DNA of 33,564 nucleotides. It comes from an uncultured Spirochaetia bacterium. GTDB taxonomy: Bacteria > Spirochaetota > UBA12135 > COTS27 > CAZFAK01. Both the position numbers and the translations under genes were made by a program. The notes beneath the pieces were generated by a model, which made no database searches, had not been told where the DNA came from, and saw only the letters and a program-made list of their open reading frames with translations. This document shows, one piece after another, positions 17,634-25,019 of the stretch. The number at the start of each line of letters is the position of its first letter. Position 1 is the first letter of the stretch. The stretch is from the NCBI GenBank assembly GCA_964517045.1, contig CAZFAK010000002.1:1-33564 (forward strand). Direction: 5' to 3'.

Positions 17634-18228
17634 TTTTTTATATTTTCTTTTTTTTATTTTTTATATTAAAGCGGAAACAAATATACCTGTTTTTATAGTG
17701 AAACAGAATTGGCATACCGGGTTTATTGTTGTTGATGCTTATATCAGAAAAAAGCAATGGCCGGAAAGATTGGCAACCGGTAAAGCGCCTTATTATGAGG
17801 TAGGCTGGGGTGATGAAGATTATTATATTTATGGAAGAAAGCCTTTGCAGGCTCTTTTTTTGCCTACAGAGAGTGTTTTATGCGTTGGCTTGCTTTATAT
17901 AGATCCGGCGAAAATTTATGCGGCAGAAAAAATAATCACCTTAAAGATGAGCCGTACTAACTTTAATAAACTCTTGACATACTTTTCCCGGGCGTATAAG
18001 CAGAATGCTGACGGCAAGCTGATCAAAGCAGATACTAATGCCGAAGCTTTTTATACTTTTTATAAAGCCAAAAAAAAATTTCATTTTTTCCGGACATGCA
18101 ATAAATGGACTGCTGAGGGGCTTGCAGCAGCAGAGGTGAATATAAAAAAATGCTGTATTATTTCACCCTTATTATTGTGGCGCCGTCTTAAAATATACAA
18201 AAAAACACCTGCCCGAAGCAAACCTTGA
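17617..18228 (+). CDS. DUF2459-like (TIGR02117-type) exported protein
   Basis: TTG start and a hydrophobic N-terminus. The motifs NWHTGFIV and YYEVGWGDEDYY match my recollection of the DUF2459 signature (GWHT... / ...GWGD..fY). Confidence 0.55.
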   Translation: MFTKINFLYFLFFIFYIKAETNIPVFIVKQNWHTGFIVVDAYIRKKQWPERLATGKAPYYEVGWGDEDYYIYGRKPLQALFLPTESVLCVGLLYIDPAKIYAAEKIITLKMSRTNFNKLLTYFSRAYKQNADGKLIKADTNAEAFYTFYKAKKKFHFFRTCNKWTAEGLAAAEVNIKKCCIISPLLLWRRLKIYKKTPARSKP

Positions 18229-18255
18229 AATATTTTTCAAGTCAGCATATACAAA

Positions 18256-18284
18256 TTGACTTTTAAATAAAAATGACATATAAT
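18256..18284 (+). promoter_or_regulatory. Near-consensus sigma70 promoter in an 'empty' intergenic region
   Basis: TTGACT (18256-18261), 17-nt spacer, TATAAT (18279-18284). It lies 16 nt upstream of the ATG at 18301. Confidence 0.35.
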
Positions 18285-18300
18285 TATGTTTACCTAAATT

Positions 18301-18426
18301 ATGAACTTAAAAGATTTGAACCCTTTTGCCCCGCCGCCACTTAAAGAGAAAAAGAACAACTGGTTTAAACTGGTTATTTATATAGCAGTTCTTTTTATTT
18401 TTATATTTATCCTGCTATTCCGGTAA
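18301..18426 (+). CDS. Unannotated 41-aa small membrane protein candidate
   Basis: ATG...TAA encoding MNLKDLNPFAPPPLKEKKNNWFKLVIYIAVLFIFIFILLFR, that is a polar N-terminus plus one C-terminal TM helix. It is below the ORF-track length cut-off, sits directly behind the 18256-18284 promoter, and has no clear SD. Confidence 0.3.
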   Translation: MNLKDLNPFAPPPLKEKKNNWFKLVIYIAVLFIFIFILLFR

Positions 18427-18464
18427 AGTTTAAAACTAATTTTGTTTTTTTTCTGGTATCAGTT

Positions 18465-19631
18465 TTATTTGTAACGGCCGTAAGTACGGGCGGTCTCTAC
18501 CAAAGCATGTAGATTGTCCAAAGGAGTATCCCGGCCGCATTGGTCCCCGGTAGATAAAATAAAACGGCCTCCGGCTGCTGCATCATCAATAGCTTTTTTA
18601 CTGGCTTGAACTACATCATCAACCGATCCTTTAAGCATTGTTTCTGTAGTATGCAGATTTCCTTTTAAAGTGAGTTTATCACCATAATCCTTTTTTAACC
18701 GGGCCAGGTTACAGTCACCCATAGGCGGTATCTCCAGGGGATCAATAACTGTAAGTCCGGTTTCTTCTGCCATTATTTTGACCAGTCTGCTTTCCGGTCC
18801 GCAGGAATGCATATGAGTCATCATGCCTGCCTCCTGTGCCAGTTCAATTATTCTTTTTACAGCCGGAAATGATATTTTACGGAACATTTCCATGGTTTGA
18901 TAAAGGAGCGTGCCGGAACCGCCTACACACAGAAAATCAGGTTTAATGTCCATAGCCATAACCTGATGAAATCTTTTTTCTGCTTTTTCCAGTTTGGCAG
19001 CAGCCCATTTGTTATGCATATCAGGCTGGTCATAATAGCGGTATATTTGTTCTTCATTTTCGAAAGTAATAGAGGTGGTGATAAAGGTTCCTACCAGACC
19101 CTGATCGCCCATCATATTTTTGATTTTTTTAAAACCTTCAGGTCCGCAGTCAACTTCCTGTTGTCCTTTAAGCAGTTCATAATGTTTGGGTTCCGGCGGC
19201 AGACCAATAGTTTCCGGTTTTACCCCTTCTGTGGGCGGATCAGCAACATAATAAACATCAACTGTATCATTCCAGTGCAGTTTATTTTTAATTTTCCATG
19301 CTTTGCGGGTTATAATCCGCTCTTCATTTTTAAAAATGATATATTCTTCTGCTTCCTGCAAAGGATAGCTGGTTGTGTTAAAAGGGCTGTAAAAATAGGG
19401 TTCATCATTAAAAACGAGAGGGAAATAACCGTCCATTAAAGCGTCTATATCAAAATAACGGGCAGCTTCGATATAGGCTTCCCAGATCGGTTTTTTTTTA
19501 TATAAATAGATATCCCAGAAAGGCATACCGGTAAGTTTGGCAGGGATCATATTAGAGATATCAGGCGCTGCCGGCACACAGTCCGGTATTTGTCCCTGCA
19601 GGGTTTTTAAAAGTCTTTCTCTTGAAGTCAT
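18465..19631 (-). CDS. Uroporphyrinogen-decarboxylase (URO-D) family protein, MtaA/CmuA-like
   Basis: AAGGAG lies before the ATG. The N-terminus MTSRERLLKTLQGQIPDCVP is typical of URO-D-fold methyltransferase/decarboxylase family members. At 388 aa it has the size of a TIM-barrel protein. Confidence 0.65.
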   Translation of the reverse strand: MTSRERLLKTLQGQIPDCVPAAPDISNMIPAKLTGMPFWDIYLYKKKPIWEAYIEAARYFDIDALMDGYFPLVFNDEPYFYSPFNTTSYPLQEAEEYIIFKNEERIITRKAWKIKNKLHWNDTVDVYYVADPPTEGVKPETIGLPPEPKHYELLKGQQEVDCGPEGFKKIKNMMGDQGLVGTFITTSITFENEEQIYRYYDQPDMHNKWAAAKLEKAEKRFHQVMAMDIKPDFLCVGGSGTLLYQTMEMFRKISFPAVKRIIELAQEAGMMTHMHSCGPESRLVKIMAEETGLTVIDPLEIPPMGDCNLARLKKDYGDKLTLKGNLHTTETMLKGSVDDVVQASKKAIDDAAAGGRFILSTGDQCGRDTPLDNLHALVETARTYGRYK

Positions 19632-19717
19632 ATTTTCTCCTTATATTTGCTATTATTACATATATATATGATAATTAATGTAATAAATCTGTTAATTATT
19701 AGAACATATGTGATTTT

Positions 19718-20557
19718 ATGCTGAAAAAAATAGACAGCCGCAGAGTATTCCGGGTTAATGATTATTATCATATAACTTTTCTCAGCAATACAGTTATTGA
19801 TAAACATTCGCATAAGGGATTCAGTGAATTAACCTGTTTAAAGAGAGGCAGGTTAAAACACTATATAAATAACCGCCTTTATAAAGTGCAGGCTCCTTCT
19901 ATAATTTATATAAGAGAGGGGGACAGTCATCATTTTAACGGATATGATTATGAATTGATAAATATTGCTTTTCCTTTAAAATATTTTTATAATTTTTTAA
20001 GTATTTACAGTAATCATTCTTTGGAGCAATTTCTTTTTGCCGCCGAACCGCCGGAGCTTTTACGTACCAGGACACAGGATTTTTTTTTTCCGGATAAAGA
20101 GATAGAACTTTTATTTAATAATAGTACCGATAATAATACTAAAATTGTATTGCACAGATTTTTACTTAATTTATTTTATGATTTCCTTTATCAGGAAAAG
20201 GAAATTGCACCGGATACCCCGCTTTGGTTTACAAAAGTTATAAATTTTATCCGGCAGAATTATAACCGTCAATTATCAGTAGCTATGCTGGCCGGTTTGT
20301 GCGGGTTAAGCCGGGAGCATTTATCGCGTACATTCCGTAAAGTAACCGGAATGGGTTTGAGTGCATTTATAAACAATTACCGTTTAAAAAAGTGCGCTCA
20401 GATGCTGCGTTTAAGTGATCAGCCGGTATCGGCGATTGCCTTTAGTTGCGGTTTTAATAATTTAAACTACTTTAATAAATTATTCCGGAAAGCATACTGC
20501 TGTACGCCGCGAAGCTACCGCAGACAAAGAGGCAGCAGTCTTATAAGAAAGTGGTAA
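19718..20557 (+). CDS. AraC-family transcriptional regulator (cupin sensor + HTH)
   Basis: The C-terminus has a double HTH (LSVAMLAGLCGLSREHLSRTFRKVTG...IAFSCGFNNLNYFNKLFRKAYCCTPRSYR). The N-terminus is cupin-like. Confidence 0.85.
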   Translation: MLKKIDSRRVFRVNDYYHITFLSNTVIDKHSHKGFSELTCLKRGRLKHYINNRLYKVQAPSIIYIREGDSHHFNGYDYELINIAFPLKYFYNFLSIYSNHSLEQFLFAAEPPELLRTRTQDFFFPDKEIELLFNNSTDNNTKIVLHRFLLNLFYDFLYQEKEIAPDTPLWFTKVINFIRQNYNRQLSVAMLAGLCGLSREHLSRTFRKVTGMGLSAFINNYRLKKCAQMLRLSDQPVSAIAFSCGFNNLNYFNKLFRKAYCCTPRSYRRQRGSSLIRKW

Positions 20558-20605
20558 GTTTAATTTATAGCGCGGAGTGAATATAAAAAGAGAGCTGTTC
20601 GTAAT

Positions 20606-21889
20606 CTATTTGGTTCTCTGCATAAGGTTATTGGACTGCTGCCTGGCCATATCGTTTACTCTTTTTTTTAAATAAGAAAAAGGGTCTTTAATAAATTCTT
20701 TGGATTTTTGTAAATCAGGTTGGCCATAACTGGTGCCGGAAGCCTGACCAGGTAGCTTACGGTAAGTCGGTTTGCGCAGCGGTTTTTTATAACGCGGTCT
20801 CTCTTTAAGATCATAGTCCTGTTTCATTTTTTGTTCTATTTTGTCTGCGCTGCTGTCGTATTTTTCAATATCAAACAGGGGTTCATTAAGGTCTTTTATA
20901 TTAATAATTTTCTGCGCTATTTCCTGAATGTTTCTGCTGGCCTTGCAGTTTTTATTATAGATGGCCAGCGGTTTTCTGGTTTTGATAGAATTATGCACTT
21001 CCTGCAGCCTGGGTATATATCCCAGCAGGTCAACATCAAGAATCAGTTTTTTATAGATTAAAGTTATAAGCTGGCGGATCATTTTAACATCACTAACGGT
21101 TTCTACCATATTAAAAACGAGCATTGGTTTAAAACTGTCTATAAGATCCTTGAATTTCAGGGCTGCTTTTTTATTTACTCTGGCCAGATCATTCAGGACA
21201 TCCCAGAAGGTAGGATACTGACCGGCAGCATCTTTGCGCTTGATTTTATTAACGAGCCGTCTTAATTTTGCTTCGGAAAAATTAAGCCGGAACATTCTGT
21301 AAACTACGGTTTTCAGAAAATTAAAAGCGTTTAACACAGCCCCATGAGTAGGGTGGGTCATCAGGATGCCTTTGCCGGTTAACAAAAAGAAGTCAACTAT
21401 AAACGGATTGGATCCGGATCCAAGATCAAGCAGGATATAATCATTGGGCAGATTATAAATAGCTTCCATTATCTTTTTTTTCTGGGAGCGTTTAACATTA
21501 GCCATATCCGGAACAAGCTGATCACCGGGTATCAGTTCCAGGCCCTTTATTTTAGTGGCGCATTTATAGCTGGCAAGCGGTTTGCGGGAATTGGTCAGAA
21601 ATCCGGCAATTCCTTCGTTATTGTTTTTTAATCCGAAATAGGTGTGCAGGTTGGACCCGCCCAGGTCAAGATCAATTATTACCGGATTTTTACCGAGCTG
21701 GGCCAGGTGAATGCCAAGGTTAACATTAAAGAGGGTTTTACCCACCCCTCCTTTGCCGCTGGCTACCGGAATAATAAATTTATTGGTTTTTTTCAGGAAA
21801 AAATCTGACATAAAATCCTTTTTATTTATAAAAACGCTTTTGTCAAACTCAATCATATTATTATCCTGCTCCTGACATATTATTTTCAT
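20606..21889 (-). CDS. MinD/ParA-family P-loop ATPase with ~130-aa basic C-terminal extension
   Basis: Deviant Walker A (VASGKGGVGKT) and Walker A'/B contexts (VIIDLDLGGSNL, ILLDLGSG). The Lys/Arg/Pro-rich tail is not seen in canonical MinD/FlhG. An internal ATG at 21856 (M12) is preceded by GGAGCAGGA and may be the true start. Confidence 0.8.
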   Translation of the reverse strand: MKIICQEQDNNMIEFDKSVFINKKDFMSDFFLKKTNKFIIPVASGKGGVGKTLFNVNLGIHLAQLGKNPVIIDLDLGGSNLHTYFGLKNNNEGIAGFLTNSRKPLASYKCATKIKGLELIPGDQLVPDMANVKRSQKKKIMEAIYNLPNDYILLDLGSGSNPFIVDFFLLTGKGILMTHPTHGAVLNAFNFLKTVVYRMFRLNFSEAKLRRLVNKIKRKDAAGQYPTFWDVLNDLARVNKKAALKFKDLIDSFKPMLVFNMVETVSDVKMIRQLITLIYKKLILDVDLLGYIPRLQEVHNSIKTRKPLAIYNKNCKASRNIQEIAQKIINIKDLNEPLFDIEKYDSSADKIEQKMKQDYDLKERPRYKKPLRKPTYRKLPGQASGTSYGQPDLQKSKEFIKDPFSYLKKRVNDMARQQSNNLMQRTK

Positions 21890-21998
21890 TATCGGCTTTG
21901 TTTTTATAAAATATAATTTCTTAATACCTGATACGGTATTATTTTAAAAGACAGTTTTTTACCGGGGTACATATACAGTAAACGATTTTAAAATAAAT

Positions 21999-22039
21999 TT
22001 GCTAAATTTTCATTATAAGTGTACAATATAATGTATAAT
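21999..22039 (+). promoter_or_regulatory. Promoter candidate(s) for the 955/664/313-aa operon
   Basis: TTGCTA (21999-22004), 17-nt spacer, TACAAT (22022-22027). This is followed by a tandem TATAATG TATAATG (22027-22040). It would give a leader of about 115 nt. Confidence 0.4.
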
Positions 22040-22151
22040 GTGATTGGGTAAAAGCGTTAAGCATATCACTGAGAAGATAATCTGTTTCTTTTAGGGAGGA
22101 GGATAGATAGATTTTTGCTGATTGATCCGGGAATTTTTTTAAGGTAAAAAT

Positions 22152-25019
22152 TTGTCTAAAACCAATTATTTTGAAATTATAAAAGAAAACAGCGACCGGG
22201 TTTTCCAGATTGACCGGGAGTGTTACCTTTTATATCTTGGTTCAACTTTTTTTGAAAAAGCTCCCTATCTTCTGATAGGCTCATCTCCTGAGATCCCCCC
22301 TGTCTTTAAAAAGCAGATAGGTTTTATAGTACTTACCGGTAGTGCTTTCGGTTCTGTCTATGAACTGGAACAGTGCCTTACTAAAGGCCATTTTCCCTGT
22401 TTGATCGGTACTGATGATCTTTTTGATACTTTTTTTTCCGTAATTAACACCGGAAAATTTCCCGAAGAGAAATTTAAAAAAATTTTTGTCAAATACAGCC
22501 GGAAAGCACAAAGCTTTACCACTGAACTGCAGTTTGAGCAGTATCTTAACAGTTTGCAGAAGACTGTTAAAAATACAGATGTAGCAGAGGATAAAAATAA
22601 AACCAAGTTTAAACATGCTCCCAGTGAAAAAGCCGTAGATATTTCCAGGAAGATTACAGTTACTTTTAACCGCAAAGGTAATCTGTTTATAATGATAGAC
22701 GGAGAAACTATTTTCGATCTTAAGTTAAGAGCGTCTGACGGATTAACCAATAATAATTTCTTTGATCATCTTATTAGCCGGTTTATTTATCGTAACCGCC
22801 ATTTTTTCCGGGGCAGCGGTTTTATCATGCTTGATACTGAACTGGCCTATTATGATTACAACCGTGTATTCTTAAGCGGATTACCTTCTGATTATTTCCG
22901 CGAGCTTATAAAGGGTAATGTTGATCCGGATAATATTACTTATTTGTTTTCTAATAAGGGAAAAAGCAATTTTGAAAATTTTATAAAACGTCAGATTGTA
23001 ACTGGTGGTACGGCAAAGATATTTACGGAAAAATTTTCCGCTTTGAAACCGGTTATTGATTTTTACAAACCGATAGATATAAAAACTGAAAATGTTACGC
23101 AGAATAAAATTGATTTTTCAACTACCAGTGTGCAGCTCAAAACTGAAAACAGGCAGGTGCAGATCTATAATATCGATGCAGAAACCTATATAGATTATTT
23201 TTACGGCAAGCATGGCAAAACAAAACTTGAATCCGATATAAATATTATTCCTGCTGCTATGTCCTCCAGAATAAAAACAGCTCAGGGTATGATTAACCTG
23301 GTTTACGAAAAAGGTTCCAATAGATTTAACAGTAAGTTTAAGGGTTCTCCTGATCTTTATAAAATGTTTCCCTATATTGATTATCGTATTAACAAACTTT
23401 ATAAGTTTGAACAGCGTGTTTACTATGCTCTTGATATATATGTGAAAGATATTTTATATGATTATCCCAGGAGTATCAGACGCTGTTTTGTTAATTTCAG
23501 CAGGCAGGTGTATGATCTGCTTGATTTTTATATTCAGCGTGATCCGGCCTTTAAAAAGACTTTAAAAAAAGTATTGACCTTTTCCCGCTATCTGCTGCCT
23601 CCGAACAACCGTTATGAATATTTCATACTGCATAATACAACTGAGTTTTTATGCTACCTCGATGACCTGCTTAAAGCAAGGGCAGTACTGCGTCTTAAGA
23701 TAGTGGATAAAATTATTAACGATCTTCAGCAGTTACGCAATCATGGAGCTAATGTTGAAGTTTCGGACATGAACTATAAGGGTGATATAACTGTTTTCCC
23801 CAATGAGCGCCTTTATCTTTTTTATACTACGGTGGACGCCCTTGATGATGAGGCGCTGCCGCGTCAGCATGAGAGGTTGTTACAAAAAAACATCGAGACC
23901 GGTCCGGCGGTTATACAAAACGATAATCAACGCTTAAACCGCCAGATAACAAAATTTTCCAATGTAAAAGGCAACCGGCATCTGGTTTCCCGTTGGCAGG
24001 AGGAGGGCCGGGAGGCGGCGGATTATTTATTGGCAGACCAGCAGTACTTTAGCGAAGAGTTATACCGGTTGCACAATATAAATAATTTTTGCAATTTTTT
24101 CCGAAATCTGCCTGCTGCAGAGCAGAAAAAATTCTGTTTTATGATTAAAACAGTGCAGGGAGGGCTGAATGAATTTGAGAAAGACGAGCAGCTGTTTGGA
24201 GACCTGCTTGAAGATTTTTCCTTTAAATCCGTTAAAAAGAAAAAATTTAAAACCGGTACTGGTCTGTTTAAAAACAGGTTTAAATTTGCAATTTCATCTG
24301 TTATCATGATATTCTTACTAATGTTGAGTTTTATCAACATCAGTTCTTTGACATTTAGTAAACCTGTAAAAAAATTCAGACAGCATATTATTACCAATAA
24401 TATCGGCAGGGTATTTTTTATCAAGCCTTATTTCAGGAAGTTAATCAGCCGCTATTCCTATCTTTATAAAGAGGAGTTGCCGGAGATTACACCTTTATAT
24501 TATCTTAAGGATATAAATACTAACGGCAACCGGATAACTACCAACCTGGTAGTTAATGATAAATTATTTAACCGTACCCTGTATATATCTTATGAGGATT
24601 TTAACAGGCACTTCAGGGATGTTTTAAAATTAAATACCTTTGCTGACGAGGATTTAATATATCCTGGTGATCTGGTGCAGATAAACGATGCTGCATACTA
24701 TAAGATAAAAGAGCTGGATACGCTTTGGGGTATTACTTTTCGGAAACTGTATGATAAACAAAAAGAAATTTTAGCTGAACTGGCCCGCATTGAACTTGTT
24801 ATTATTTATTATGAAAAAGTTATAAAAGAAAAAACGGCAAATACTAAGCTGATGCATTATAAACGTAAACTTGATATTATTAATAAAAAGATAAAAACGA
24901 TTTCTGACCTGACTGATATCAGACAGGTTAAGAATTATGCTGAAAAACTTCAGTGTAAAATAATACAGATAAATAAACTATTAGAAAATAAGGAGTTAAA
25001 TGATGGCTGTAAGAGGTAA
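22152..25019 (+). CDS. 955-aa orphan protein with a single TM helix near aa 712-733
   Basis: TTG is the only possible start, because an in-frame TAA lies at 22140-22142. The N-terminal part of about 710 aa has no motif I recognise and is preceded on the membrane side by a KKKKFK...KNRFK patch. The TM helix is FAISSVIMIFLLMLSFINISSL (24285-24350). The C-terminal part of about 220 aa ends in a coiled coil. The ORF overlaps the next gene by 20 nt. Confidence 0.75.
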   Translation: MSKTNYFEIIKENSDRVFQIDRECYLLYLGSTFFEKAPYLLIGSSPEIPPVFKKQIGFIVLTGSAFGSVYELEQCLTKGHFPCLIGTDDLFDTFFSVINTGKFPEEKFKKIFVKYSRKAQSFTTELQFEQYLNSLQKTVKNTDVAEDKNKTKFKHAPSEKAVDISRKITVTFNRKGNLFIMIDGETIFDLKLRASDGLTNNNFFDHLISRFIYRNRHFFRGSGFIMLDTELAYYDYNRVFLSGLPSDYFRELIKGNVDPDNITYLFSNKGKSNFENFIKRQIVTGGTAKIFTEKFSALKPVIDFYKPIDIKTENVTQNKIDFSTTSVQLKTENRQVQIYNIDAETYIDYFYGKHGKTKLESDINIIPAAMSSRIKTAQGMINLVYEKGSNRFNSKFKGSPDLYKMFPYIDYRINKLYKFEQRVYYALDIYVKDILYDYPRSIRRCFVNFSRQVYDLLDFYIQRDPAFKKTLKKVLTFSRYLLPPNNRYEYFILHNTTEFLCYLDDLLKARAVLRLKIVDKIINDLQQLRNHGANVEVSDMNYKGDITVFPNERLYLFYTTVDALDDEALPRQHERLLQKNIETGPAVIQNDNQRLNRQITKFSNVKGNRHLVSRWQEEGREAADYLLADQQYFSEELYRLHNINNFCNFFRNLPAAEQKKFCFMIKTVQGGLNEFEKDEQLFGDLLEDFSFKSVKKKKFKTGTGLFKNRFKFAISSVIMIFLLMLSFINISSLTFSKPVKKFRQHIITNNIGRVFFIKPYFRKLISRYSYLYKEELPEITPLYYLKDINTNGNRITTNLVVNDKLFNRTLYISYEDFNRHFRDVLKLNTFADEDLIYPGDLVQINDAAYYKIKELDTLWGITFRKLYDKQKEILAELARIELVIIYYEKVIKEKTANTKLMHYKRKLDIINKKIKTISDLTDIRQVKNYAEKLQCKIIQINKLLENKELNDGCKR

